DNA of 64,000 bases from Lophium mytilinum. Taxonomy: Eukaryota. Each line of letters begins with the position of its first letter. Position 1 is the first letter of the stretch. Location: contig MU004182.1 of assembly GCA_010093605.1 (NCBI GenBank), positions 2,713,195-2,777,194 of the forward strand. Reading direction: 5' to 3'. The notes below the pieces were generated by a model that made no database searches, had not been told where the DNA came from, and was given only the letters and a program-made list of their open reading frames with translations. Below, in pieces: positions 37,801 to 48,931 of the stretch. The position numbers and the translations under genes are program-made.

Positions 37801-39340
37801 ACAATCTCAATCTGGTCCTATTGAGTACATTGAACGCTATAATAGCACGCCTAAGAGACCACAAACTTTCGGGCAGAATCTCCGATATCTCGAAACTATG
37901 TTTTTTAGTTTGACGTAGCTCGGCCTTTCGTTTTGCTAATTCAGAGGTCGATGTCCCAGGGGTTTGGATACCGTTGTTAGAAGATCCGGAAAGAGCGTGT
38001 GGTTTCCAACGGTCCCTCTCAGCATCCTCAGCCGTACCTGACCCAGAATAAACCAACGGTTTCCAGCGGTCTCGTTCGGCAGTCTCAACATGGCGCTCTT
38101 GCTCGCCGGTTTCCCGTGCGCCCCCTTCAAGCACACCCGCGAGAGTCTTTCTAGCATGCATCCGCTCGCGGAGTCCTTTCCGAACGATCCCCCTCTTGAG
38201 CATCGCGCTCCCTCTATTCCCTCCTAGCCGCTTCGAAATCGGCGTCGTCATAACCCTCCTAGTCCGCTTCAATGGCTCCCCGGTCTTTCTCTCTTCCAGG
38301 AAACGCTGCTGCGCCAGTTTTTGCCGGTACGTCTTGAAGGCACGATCTGAGCCCCTTGGACTAACGTGTGAGCCCCTTGGTCTAACGTGTTTCTGTATCC
38401 TTAACCCCGAATCCTCCCCTCCCTCCGGCTTCCTCACCAGAGTATCTGTCTGCTCCAATGGCCCCCTAGTCTCTCTCTCTTCCAGCCAACGCTGTTGGGC
38501 CTGTTTTTCTCTCTGATAAAGAGTGTGGGCTCGATCTGAGCCCCCTAGACTAACGATGTGTTTCTGTACCCTCAACCCCTCCGATTTCGCGCGTGCCTTC
38601 GACATCCTCACCAGCGGCCGCTCCCTAGCCCGCTCATCCTCTCCGCCCACCGTCCTATTCTGCGCCCTCTGTCTGCCACCACCATCGGGCAGATGTGAAG
38701 GTTCCTGCACCCCCAGCATGACCCCATCTCCCTCCCACCTCAGCAGCTCCCTCCTCGTCGCCCTCCCCGCGCGCACTCCTCTCGGCCTAAGAAGCTCTGG
38801 GTGGGTGGGAGGCGCGTGGGTGGGTGAGGGGCCGGTGGGCGTGTGGCTACCATCCACCGGCAGCACCGGCAGCTCCACAAACCTCCTTCCCCCAAAACCG
38901 GGCGTCTCGGATTGTGTGTCCCAAGTTGGTGCCGCTGGCGAGGGTGGATGTGCACCTTCCCAGGCCTCGCCCGCATCCTCCCGCGCCGAGGTGCCCGCGG
39001 TGTAGTAGGGCCTGCGCCATGCTGGTGCGAGGGAGGAGGAGGGGTCCGGGCCGTGGAGACGGATTCGTTTTCGGGGGGGTGCGGTGAACGTGGTGGTGAG
39101 GGTGGTGCTCCAGGAAGGGCGAGGCCGCGGGCGGAAGAGGGAGGGCGGTGGCATGGGCGATTGGGAAGAGATTATGAAGGCATTGTGGGGTTTCGAGTGT
39201 AGAGATCCGCGGAGAGGTGATGGAGGTGGTGGAGCGTGAAGGGTTGATGGGGAGAGTTGGGATGGATGGAGAGCACAGGAGGTTTGGAGCTCGGACGTCG
39301 AAATATTTTTGGGGCGTGTGTGATTGGTCAGGTGGGGCAT
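34880..39340 (-). CDS. Large intronless hypothetical protein (up to 1486 aa; alternative start 39154)
   Basis: 4.46-kb uninterrupted ORF. The C-terminal region (VLLLSNASTTLTEADFHRLVP, PGRDPASLER..YYLFF, RYVVEFEDEGAAKRFARVW) looks like a conserved globular fungal domain. The start at 39154 is Arg/Ser/Thr-rich, like a mitochondrial presequence. Confidence 0.8.
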   Translation of the reverse strand: MPHLTNHTRPKNISTSELQTSCALHPSQLSPSTLHAPPPPSPLRGSLHSKPHNAFIISSQSPMPPPSLFRPRPRPSWSTTLTTTFTAPPRKRIRLHGPDPSSSLAPAWRRPYYTAGTSAREDAGEAWEGAHPPSPAAPTWDTQSETPGFGGRRFVELPVLPVDGSHTPTGPSPTHAPPTHPELLRPRGVRAGRATRRELLRWEGDGVMLGVQEPSHLPDGGGRQRAQNRTVGGEDERARERPLVRMSKARAKSEGLRVQKHIVSLGGSDRAHTLYQREKQAQQRWLEERETRGPLEQTDTLVRKPEGGEDSGLRIQKHVRPRGSHVSPRGSDRAFKTYRQKLAQQRFLEERKTGEPLKRTRRVMTTPISKRLGGNRGSAMLKRGIVRKGLRERMHARKTLAGVLEGGARETGEQERHVETAERDRWKPLVYSGSGTAEDAERDRWKPHALSGSSNNGIQTPGTSTSELAKRKAELRQTKKHSFEISEILPESLWSLRRAIIAFNVLNRTRLRLYRRTRRVLHVLDDRLDKSDMLELCSKAESTSQEIWMMCQDFVTAQIMSRLSPTEAAIWSGEKLAKDLGSKIGDAREYIERLLTPESEKKIIMAEQEPRKTQRSMYAGKESLQKMHSPVSSPSHSMALPHPSQSLSPTDAALTQAVREVKRTGFILRQSLKHVRGSLQAVANSPGKSELLRLCFEARISLTETIGLCSSFLEARFIRSHKAAGLIVSPAQAVIAEASASLVWADERLSRWKALAEYLELSVGARAVRSTEFKLRASETFLARVERQLGRMHVSAQRSESFQRLLKIAPSLKQGQTMHRADQVASPVKRAVSRTASEESPAGKRSISRPSNGIGTHKPLPQPRGFSGRGKAVTANDQPLDSLVDGWSTARSRDEIEHHKPVPQPSMIGNRPQSSDTDSEVLRASKEPLVRRLAIKDPLAAQDTVALVEELVRRLTKVEIARYLKEELHMQIPQLVQAQTDSVLSQAKFENGRLVNGSSTIASPESDAPAQSPPSNEPPDVSLLEELFPETLKQTQPTLPDSRQVPKVSSTSSKRGQPTLPDSRQGPKPGSKSSKREPERSLVRNVAASIASDTTPAQASSQAHAAKLQTSAADGNILPGDYSTTVLLLSNASTTLTEADFHRLVPHGAHIPQWSNQKTGGIARIVPGRDPASLERQSHYYLFFSSPGAALAYQRNAARIHKLASMHTQNSVFDAIPPPPGFHEEGEDIDEVVKSYALAVPGLNLHLNVSATPFKSLLASLVREGGYRGVVDKNGHVGRRVLVQLVGRDVGRRGLYNAIRHDGFRRGILWPVSDGLRGVLSLSDIIGFETLAQRKASAGSYGRSVSQSEAMLGDAQVQSESEMAMQATFGVDLSVLQSNDSFGGDLSVWNSNTSLGAGGERGTGPEMQEEHLREGLYALKKKVWGRYVVEFEDEGAAKRFARVWRGVNITGDWVKKGSETSEGKEGVEEQESSREEGRVVHTEVLW

Positions 39341-39690
39341 TCAGGTTCTACAGACCTCAATAATGCTTCGCAAACTTTGATATAAGTCTTTATCGTTCAC
39401 GGCTGTCCCCGCCTTGATAAGAAGCGTCCGTTGATTTGATTTGTCTTGTTATTTCGTATCATGACGCCATGCTACCCAGCCCCTTACAAGGTAATTTTAC
39501 AATAATATGCGCCTCTATGGTCCGTCCCAGTCCAGCACAGGAGTCCAGAAAATGATCTCTCCATAAATCAGTAGGGCATGCTAATCACCACGTGGCAGCA
39601 TTTCAATACGAAAGCGCTGAAAGGCCCCATAGCGCCGAAAATGAAAATCAAATGCCAACTCCGCATAATCAACGAGTTCGAGTAAATCGC

Positions 39691-40917
39691 TCAAGCAAAC
39701 ATCTTGTTCAACTCAGCACACGCCTTCATGTACTCTTCCCGCGCGCCAGGCGACTCTCGCAGCGGATTCGGCGCTTTGTCCCATCCATGCGGCACGCCCG
39801 GCACCATGCGGTACATGACGTTCTTCCCCATTTCGTCGACCAGCCTCTTCCGTAACCGTTCGCCCTCAGCAAGTAGCATGTCCCACTCGCAGGTGAACAA
39901 CGCGATGTTGTCGGGCAGCGCCGCGAGCATGTGTGATGGAGCTACTCCCGGAGAGAGGTACGGGGACGATTTGTCAAGAGTCGGCGGTTGGAGATAGGAC
40001 TCGTCGAAGAGTTCAGTGAACACGGCGGGGAGGTCCTGGTCTGCGCGGACGCAGGTCATGCGGCGCTGGGCGCGTGTTTGGGTATAGTCTGTAGAGGGGT
40101 AGAAAGCGACAATGCCGCGAAGGTTGAGCTCGCGAGCAATGGGACGGATGTCTACGGTTGCGCCGTCCTTTTGGGTGGAGAGCAGGGAGGCGGAGGAGGG
40201 GTTCATGGAGACGGTGCCGGGGAGGGCGAGCGTGGAGGAGGTGTTGGTGGTTATCTCGGACAGAGGGACCGAGAGCTGGTTCGTGGAGCCGTTCACGTTG
40301 TAGGCTGTGGACGGCGAGAGGAAGGCGGAGGAGGAGGAGCCTACGTCAGTCGGCGGGGCGTGGCCGGTAAGCTGCTCGAGGACTTCGGACTGCAGCCGGA
40401 GCGGGACGGTAAAAGACATGTTTGCGCCGGAGGAGAAGCCAGAGACGGCGAAGCGGTCCGGGTCGAGCATCAAGCTGTTGGCGTGCTTGACGAGGTAGAG
40501 AATAGCATCGACGCCATCTTCCACCGCCGTCGGGAAGGGGTGCTCTGGCGCAAGTCGATAGTTGACGCTCACAACGACGGCGCCAACCTCATCGACGACG
40601 GTCTTTGCCCACCGAGCGTCGTCGTGGGCGGTTCCGAGCGTAAACCCGCCTCCGTGGAAGTTCACCACGACTGGAAAAGTCTTCCCTTTCAGCTTTTTGT
40701 GCATGTGGTATGATTTCGGTACGTAGAACTCGAGGTCGAAGTGGCCCTTCGTGGGGGAAACGGTGGTGTTTACCCGGCGCTTGAAATTGGGCCGTGGAGG
40801 ACGAGGCGATGCCATCCGGTGCAGCATCATGCCGATGCCCATGAGGACTCGCCAGAATTGGGCCTGGACATGGAGCATCCATCGTGGACGGGCCATGTCG
40901 GATTGTGAGCGCGCCAT
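39691..40917 (-). CDS. Alpha/beta hydrolase, hormone-sensitive-lipase family esterase
   Basis: VVNFHGGGF, YRLAPEHPFP, nucleophile GFSSG, CEWD and VPHGWD. Confidence 0.93.
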   Translation of the reverse strand: MARSQSDMARPRWMLHVQAQFWRVLMGIGMMLHRMASPRPPRPNFKRRVNTTVSPTKGHFDLEFYVPKSYHMHKKLKGKTFPVVVNFHGGGFTLGTAHDDARWAKTVVDEVGAVVVSVNYRLAPEHPFPTAVEDGVDAILYLVKHANSLMLDPDRFAVSGFSSGANMSFTVPLRLQSEVLEQLTGHAPPTDVGSSSSAFLSPSTAYNVNGSTNQLSVPLSEITTNTSSTLALPGTVSMNPSSASLLSTQKDGATVDIRPIARELNLRGIVAFYPSTDYTQTRAQRRMTCVRADQDLPAVFTELFDESYLQPPTLDKSSPYLSPGVAPSHMLAALPDNIALFTCEWDMLLAEGERLRKRLVDEMGKNVMYRMVPGVPHGWDKAPNPLRESPGAREEYMKACAELNKMFA

Positions 40918-41979
40918 CGTGGGGAGGCCTCGTGGGGCGGAGAGTTTGGGGAGGAGGGTGAAGGATTGATAAGGTTACGAACGAGCAGATAGACTCGAAC
41001 GCATGGATAGAAGGGCGATTATATGCAGCGAGAAGTGGGATGATCGGGAAAGTCGGCGGGGGACTATTTTTCTGTTCTTGATGGGCAGCGGGTGCGATGC
41101 TGCTGCAGTCGTAGCGTAACAACGGGGCTGTGTCGTTGTTTGAAATGGAATACCAGGAGAAGGGGCTTGGCGGTGACGCAACCACTCCAGGGCACTTCCA
41201 GTCCAATAATCCATCGGCGCCAGGTGAAAGCGGGCAGCAAGCCTCTCGCGTCAAGCCAGTGATGCTTGCTCTGCAGTAGTAGGCCGGAATATTCGCGGGA
41301 AGACATCACCTTCTAGAAGCATCACACCTCACCCGTCCGGCGAAGCAGCGCACAAGTGCCATTGTTGCGAGTCTCGCAGAATGCAACCCACCCGCCCTGC
41401 AGACATCACCACACCATCACCCAATCGCAGCTCAATCTCAGCACCGTTTCAGGAGTTTGCAGCCGCATGAATTCCCGTGAGCCTCTCATGTTATCGCGCC
41501 TTGTCGCCCCGGCGGATAATGCCCGGATTACTCGGACTACTGTACAGAAACAGCCGCATTACCCAAGCATCGCCCCTCCCGACGGATTGTATCGCAGGCC
41601 CGATACGCGCGTACGGTAAGATGGAGCAACGCACGGTAAGCCGTGTGCATGCGCCGCTTAACCCAAGCAAGAAGCCCCCAGGTCAATCTATATCATCCAT
41701 CAGCTCAACATCAGTCTTCGCATCTATATCACTAACAACAGTAAAGCTATACGGCTTCATACTTAGGAGTTCCTGTTCTCCGATCTCTAGTACGAAGGGG
41801 GGTAAACTATCCATACTTTACGTTATTTCCCTCTTTCAGCACGTATAGGCTCACTTATTTACCTCAATACAATACCATATTCTTTACAACTCTCTAGCTT
41901 CCGCTCCCTCGAATGCCGTCGTCTATACTAGGATCGGCCGAGTTTTACGCTCGCAATTGTAGTTCTCATGAAATACACG

Positions 41980-43040
41980 CCAACGTCGCAGCTGGGGTCC
42001 AATTGCCGCGCAACCCGCTGAGAATGTTCTCTGGCCTCCGCTGCCTCGATTGCCGTCGTCCGTTTTGGAATCGGATCAGTATTGCACTCACAATTCCAGT
42101 TTGCGCGAAAAGGGGCAAGCTCGAGGTAGAAATCGCAATCAAGGTCCGATTGCCGTCAAAAGCGCTAACGTTGACCTCCAGCCTCCGCCGTGTCGATTGC
42201 CGCTGTCCGTTTTGTAATCGGGGCAGTGTTGGGCTCGCAATCGCGGTTCTTGCTGGACGGGGGCAAGACTCGGCCTACACTCACCTCAAAGCCGCACCTT
42301 AGGTAAAATCGCTATGAGACTCGCTGAGGGTGTTCTCTGACCGTCGTTGATTCGATTGGTGTCGCGTGTTCTGGAATCGGGCCAATGTTGCACGCACAAT
42401 CGCAGTTCACGCAAAAAGGGGCGAGTCAGCCCCCTGGCAACGCAGCAGTCGCATTTCGGCTCTGATCACTCTAAGTACCAGACGGACGCCGGGAGACGTC
42501 TTTTCGGACGCTAAACAGCCCCTGGTTTGAATTTGGGATTGATTAGAAGTGGTCGGATTTGGCATATACTCAGTTTTTGGACCTGAAAACGGACCCCCTT
42601 TTGGTGTAAATCCAAGATTTTGATCCCAATACACGTCCGATTGCCAAACGGACAGCAGCATTCGAAGCAGCGGAGGCCACAGTTTATTCTATGCGTGTAC
42701 GAGGGTATTATACGCGCTGAAAACCTCCCAGGATGCGAAAGGGAACCTAAATTTGCGCCTTCTCCCTCTAGCCGGTGAATTTGAGCTCAATTCCCGTCCG
42801 ATCGCAGGGCAATCAACTCGCCGCATACCAGAGACCCTCCCACGCGTATCTGACGGCATTTAGACCTAAGCTGCGACGTTTGGGTAAGCGTGGGCCTGAC
42901 CCGTCCCATGAGGCGCGGATTGCATTTCTGAGCTTCATTCAAGTCCGATTCCAAAACGGACGACGGGAACTGACGCAGTGGAGGCCAGAGAGTCCCCTCA
43001 GCGAGCCCCACGACGTCTGGCTGCGTGGTGTGAGTTCTGG
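41980..43040. repeat. Palindromic array of six diverged ~150-bp units (3 forward, 3 inverted)
   Basis: Forward cores start at 42016, 42163 and 42322. Inverted cores end at 42695, 42846 and 43003. Exact 23-bp inverted match 42053-42075 / 42944-42966. Confidence 0.85.
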
Positions 43041-43452
43041 GTCACCCGGGCGCAGTTTGCGGAGTCGCTCGAGTTCACGTTCACGAGGCACCAGACTGGC
43101 CTGTCTCTTTACGCTGGATTATCTGACAACCTACATGAGCCCCTACGAGGCTCCTCGTCGTCATCGAGATGCTCAAACTGCAACGCCGCATAACCCAAGC
43201 AAAATACCCGCAATACCCATCAAAAAGCCGCTCAAGTCCTCAGAAAGCGCCAGACGCTGTCCTCATGATGCTGCCGTGTTCCCATGCCATGCCCAAGAGT
43301 GTGATCAAGGAAAGAAATTGAACAAGCAACCGCCGATGTCGCTGCAGGTATATATCATCGCCCGAGACACAAACGCCGTATCAGAATGACAGACCAGAGG
43401 ATACTAGAGTAAAGAAGTGAAGTATGAAAGCCAAACCACGAGACTGTCACCG

Positions 43453-44030
43453 TTAGATGAACTCGTAGTCCTCTTCCTCAACACCGTCCTTGTTGACCTT
43501 GGGTGCGGGAGTGGCAGCCTCGGCGACGTCCAGGACATCGTACTCCTCCTTGATCAGCTTGTCCGTCTCCCGCACTTCGAACCGCTCGATGGCCTTTGCG
43601 AGGGCCAGGCCCAAGATCTGGCTGCCCTGGCTGGGGCCGCGAGGGGCGTCGTACGAGTATGTGATGTCGGCATCGGGAACGGGGGCTGCAGATGCCTCGT
43701 CGACAGACCCCTCGTCGGCAGAGGAGTCGCCGCTGGCATAGCTGATATCGTTCTTGACGGCTACGCGGGCCTTCTGGCGTGGATCTCCGGGGCCCATGTC
43801 CCTGATATACTAGTTAGACCTCATGCTACATGCTGTGTATCCTCGAATACTTACTTTGGCTTCGCGTAGACTGGCATGCGAGCTGGCCGAGCGTGGTTGT
43901 CTTCAGCCCGTCGGCCGGGACCAAGAGCCTGGCCGTGAGCCCACTTCACCCGCTGGCCCTTGCTGCGGTTGTATTCGATAGCGCCGCTGCGGAGGTCGGC
44001 GGTGGAGAAGGTGTTCTGGTAGGCGGACAT
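43453..44030 (-). CDS. Small fungal hypothetical protein; 2 exons
   Basis: caccgccATG at 44030. Intron 43802-43854 (GTAAGT..CTAAC..CAG) joins in frame to DITYSYDAPRGPSQGSQILGLALAKAIERFE. Confidence 0.8.
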
Positions 44031-46159
44031 GGCGGTGCTCAGGTGGGTGGCGGTAGGTGGAAGGAGTGTACTGAGGACGGTGGTAGTGGTTGTCTGAGGA
44101 CGCGTACGGTCGAGTTACTAGGCGGAGTAGTGGTGAGGAAGAGGAGGTGTGGTGAGAGGATGTCGATAGGTCGAGTGGTACTAATAGGCGGCCGGAAGCA
44201 GTTGCTGTGCCCGGATGACTCTGAAGGGTGCTGAGGTGAGTCAAGAAGGAGCAGCTGCAAGTGGTGGCTGTGCTTGTATGGAGGCCGGATCGAGACGGTG
44301 TTTGCTGCTTTGAATGCGAGAGTCAGTGGATAGAGTATGTATGTAGTGTAGTAGCAAGACGGGGCAGCGGACAAAGGCGCGTCTTTGTTGACTTATGAAG
44401 CTCCGGGCGATAAGAGCTGGAAACCATGGCACGGGACTCCCGAGACGCTCCGAAGCCTCTCCTCAGCGGGCTGGCGGGGACTAGGTACGCTGCCATGGTT
44501 TGGATGCTGTCACCCGGACACACGTCGATGACAGCATCAAGCGACAAGCATCAAGCCCACGTCTCACACGGCGTCGTGCCTGTTGGCGGCGCGGGTTCCT
44601 GCTGATGCCATCATCGTGAACCTGCTTGGCCGAACAACCTCGGGAGACTAGTCCGAGCGCTGTCTGGGGTGCATCAAGCAGCATCCAAGCCTCAAACACA
44701 AGACGCAACGCATCCCATACAGCACTCCTCGTAGCATATAGGCCGGCTTTCTTTTCTATTATAACTCATCGACGATGCCTCCAGCAGCAACAACATTGGC
44801 ACCCGGAGTCGACCGATGCTCGCCGTAATCTTCAGCTGCAAGCGCCTGCAGGGGAGCTCCAGCTATCGCAAACCACCCCGCGAAATGCTATCTAAACATA
44901 GAGCCTATCACAGCCGTCTGTCCCTCCACCATCACTCTGCCTCGTCCTCCACGCCCTCGCTGTCTTCATCTTCACTCGATGCTGCTTCTTCGCTCGGCAG
45001 CTCGTCTGGAAACCAGCCAAACCGCCCCAGGTCCACCGAGAAGACGCCCATGCTGTCCTCCTCCACGTGCACGCCCTCGCGTCTCAGAGTCGCCGCCTGC
45101 CGCGCCGCACTGCCTGGTCCTCTTTGTTGAGCTATTAGCGAGCATCCCGGCTTTGTTGCAACACGACGTGCTTGTTTTGGGGCATTCTACGAGTTCATTC
45201 ATACCTCGGACTAATCGCCCCCTTTGCGTTGATCACGCGCTGCCACGGCACGTTCCCATTATGCCATCGCGCACTGCGCCTGCTGCTGTCCGTACTGGGC
45301 GAGGGGAGGTGCTTGAGACAGACGCCGACTTGCCTCCACGTTCGCAGCTCGTCAGCCACATCTAACTCGACTAACGGAATGGCATTCGACGCACCGTGGG
45401 CATTCCGCTACAGTCATACGCCAACCGTTAGCTCTAGCTAGTAGGCGAGCAGATACGCGTGGGGTGAGGCTGAGACGCCAGACAGGATGACTCTCAACAC
45501 GTACGCTTGCCTAGCAGTCGCGCGATATGACCGTACGACGTGACTCTTCCACGAGGTATCTCTCCTACCGCCGAGTACACGGCTTCGAACCATGCTGCTG
45601 CTTCTTCTGAACGCTCGCCGCCGCGCGCCATGGCCGTTTGGAGTTGTTGGGGTTTGTAGAGGATGTGAGGTCCAAGGCAGGTGACGCGAGCGGAAGTGGA
45701 GGCGATGATGCCTAGTCACGTGACTGTCTCCAAGGTTTGCATTTTATGGATCTCGTTGACATGCAAGGTTTGACTGTCTATTTTCTCTTCAAAACAGTTA
45801 TCTTCGATGTTTTAGTAGCTGACCCTACCCCTAACCTTAGCCCTAAACGCAAACTAAGCTACAAACGCGCAGGCTTTCTCCTTCTTGTCTTTGTCCTTTC
45901 ACAGCTGTCATATCACTATATTGATTCAAGTTTTTCCTGGTCGCAAATACTGAAAGAGCAAATGTTTTCTATTTCAACGTCTATTTTATTTGTGTGATCC
46001 AAAGAGAAGCAATCCTTCAAGGCAGCGGCAGACTTTCTGCACCATCTACCTCATATCACGACTGAGGATTCATCAGAGAATGGCCGATGCTGCACTAACT
46101 ATCGTTCCCTCATTGCTAGGAAATCTCCAAGTCAGAGGATGCAGAAAGACACATAGCGT

Positions 46160-47455
46160 CTACTCCTGCATTGGCCTGCGGCACATCGGGCATTTTTCGC
46201 TGTTGTCCATGCGGCTGACAATCCAGTGCGTCAGACAGGCCACATGGAAGAAATGCAAGCACCGCGTTTTGACCGGCTCGTCGTCGCCCTCTACACCCGC
46301 TTCAAGTGCGAGTGTGCATATGGGGCATTCGTCAACATCCTGAGGCAACGCACCTTCGATTGGGACGGTGTATTTTTCGAGGTATTCCTTACCCATCTCG
46401 TCCGCCCTTTCCGCAGTCTCAATCGCTTCCCACTCTTGGTCATTATTGTCGTCGTACGGATTGAGTAGAACCTCGGGCAGTTCCTCATAAAACCGCAACT
46501 GGTCTTCTAAGCTCGGCAGAGTCATCACGGCAGACTCAATCAGAGCCCACGACGCTACGTTCGCAATGCGATCGGCCTCGCTTATTCCGTGGCCGTCGTG
46601 ATCACGGTACTCGCTTTGCAACTGGCCAATAGCAAGCACTACCTCTCGAACGTCGATCCTGTCGCGCACCCCAGGCAGGACGTTGCCGTAGCGGACGGCT
46701 TTTTGAAGTTCGAGTTGGACTTCAAAGACGATCTGCTCGACGTAGGCTTCAGCGTCGAGGTCCGGCCGCTCCCGCCAGTTATTCCCAACCCCGCGGCTAA
46801 ATGAACGAGCGACATGATAGAGCCACTGCTTGAGGGCAAACACTTGCTCTGCCGTCTGCTGCGGATCTGCTAGCCCCTGCAGCGCCGCCACCATGCTTGG
46901 GAGGGCGGGCATTGCAGGGTCGTCCGGGTGGAGTTCCCACGGGAGATCCGCCCATCGCAGCGCTGGCCCCCGCACGCGAGCGATCTCATACTCGGCCCGC
47001 TGCTCCTCGCTTGGCAACACCTCGTACGCAGCTGCTTTCACCGCGGCATCCACGAATGGATCGAGCGACTCACGGCTGTTACCCCGCGTCCAAGCGGGTA
47101 ATGCGCCGTCTTCAGAGGGATAGTCGCCCGTTAGATGGGCAATCTTGAGAGCGATCTGGGCGCAATCTCCGCGAAGCAGCATGTACATGTTATGTGGTAT
47201 CTCAGACTCCATGCGCTCGTAGTCCATTTCGAGGGACCGGCGGGCCAAGTTGGTCAGTCCTGCCAGGTACTCCTCGGGATCGATCGCAAGTTGGCCGGGT
47301 GTGAGACGTAGGTCTGTGTGCCGGCCGATCTGTCGGATCCAGTATTCGACAGCTGGGGCGCCGTAACCTATCTCAGTGGCGTTTGCGATCCGTTCGAATG
47401 TGGCAAGCACGCTGGGGAAGGACCGCGCGGAAGGTGTGTGGGAGGAATGCTCCAT
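46160..47455 (-). CDS. RING-H2 E3 ligase-like protein with a duplicated N-terminal helical domain
   Basis: CPIC..CLHFFHVAC..W..CPMC. ATG 47455, with TATATAA about 160 bp upstream. Intronless. Confidence 0.88.
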   Translation of the reverse strand: MEHSSHTPSARSFPSVLATFERIANATEIGYGAPAVEYWIRQIGRHTDLRLTPGQLAIDPEEYLAGLTNLARRSLEMDYERMESEIPHNMYMLLRGDCAQIALKIAHLTGDYPSEDGALPAWTRGNSRESLDPFVDAAVKAAAYEVLPSEEQRAEYEIARVRGPALRWADLPWELHPDDPAMPALPSMVAALQGLADPQQTAEQVFALKQWLYHVARSFSRGVGNNWRERPDLDAEAYVEQIVFEVQLELQKAVRYGNVLPGVRDRIDVREVVLAIGQLQSEYRDHDGHGISEADRIANVASWALIESAVMTLPSLEDQLRFYEELPEVLLNPYDDNNDQEWEAIETAERADEMGKEYLEKYTVPIEGALPQDVDECPICTLALEAGVEGDDEPVKTRCLHFFHVACLTHWIVSRMDNSEKCPMCRRPMQE

Positions 47456-48931
47456 GATTGTTGTTTGCTGAAGTTGGAGTGGGATGGTGGACTCCGTTTG
47501 GAGTGAGTGCTGTGTGGAAGTTGGGATGCTGTATGGAAAGCTGGATAGTGTGTTGGTATCCAGGCTTCTTGTGCTGAGCTGATACCGATGCTGACACAGG
47601 ATTCGAAGGCTTATATACTCTGCCTTTGAACAGTGCAGACTGTTAAGGGGCATTGTGCTGCACAATGGGCTTTCATGATGCCTGCTAGCTTACCAGGAGC
47701 ATTGTATTGCCTGTGCTCACTCTGTTTAGGACTCGACTACATTGTTTATCAGCAGTCACGCTTATCGCACGGGACTTCGAATGGATGCTCCCTCTACGGC
47801 TGAGGCTTGCTAGGCCTATCATCCGTCGAATCGGCTCTATCTCGCAGTTGTTGAGCGTCAGTCTGCTGACTCCCATTTGCATCATTCGCTATTTCTTATA
47901 CCCTTGGACCGCGAAATTATGTTCTATACTTATATTGGCTCGCTCGGAATATTATATCACCATGCTTCAACCGAAATTCTCACTTCGCCGATGCGGAATT
48001 ATGTTTCATCACACTAGATTCGCTCTTCTCCATTAATACTTTCAACGCGCAACACTTTACCATATTGGCGGGGTATCAAAATATTCATCCTCCAGCAAAA
48101 GTCGTGAGAAAATCACCTCTTCGTAGAGGACTGCCCGCATCCGAAATAGGCAGCGAAGAATGTACCTGTAGTACAGTGCAGAATCGCGAGGCTGCTTGTT
48201 GTACTTGAACTCTCGACGATTCAAGCAAATACGCGACTTCAATTGCACTGGCTTCATCTCTCTTTTGCGGTAATGTTTCCTACATCACGTTTCGCTAAAT
48301 CAGTTCCTCATGCGATAGTCGCGCGGCTAGCAATTCTTCAGTCTCGGTTGTCAAGACTACCTACATACTATCGATCTAATACGCCGCCGCGCCCCAGGTA
48401 CGTCGATTGACCGACTCTTTTTCCCCTCGACCTAATTCTGCAACCTCTTCATGCTTGGCAAGTTCGTTAAGGGTCTACTATATTACACTAGTCAATACCT
48501 ATTCTTATACCAGCATACCTTCATGCAGAGGGTCGTGTTGTTCTATACCTCGGAGTAGTAATGACAAGGTCGCCATTATGCAATCCCTTGCCATAGATAT
48601 CCGTACACTTCCCTGCGACTGTTTGCGGACCTTCAACGCACGAATGGTACCCGGGGGGCAGCGAACACTCTTCTAATCTGCTCACACGGCTTGATGTAGA
48701 GTCATGAGTTTCCTAGTTGTCCAGAGTACTGACCTTCTCTCCGATCCGGAATGCTGAGCGTACTGGGATATTCATTGTGCAGCGGTAAACATGTGCACAA
48801 GTTTCTATGGCGAGGCATTGTACATGTACTGTGTACGTATGGTGACGAACATAGAGGTTTGTTTACATCCACTTTCACGACGCCGCGTGCACGGCCCAAT
48901 CCGTCCCCTACATCGAGGCATTGAATGTAGC

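Noticed and set aside
41913..42302. 129-aa ORF with repeated DCRxPF as a zinc-finger gene
   Set aside because: It is a by-product of the 147-bp repeat period. The third copy has in-frame stops and three further copies are inverted.
45823..45846. CCCTAA-like hexamers as an interstitial telomere
   Set aside because: Only two exact units in a short degenerate run.
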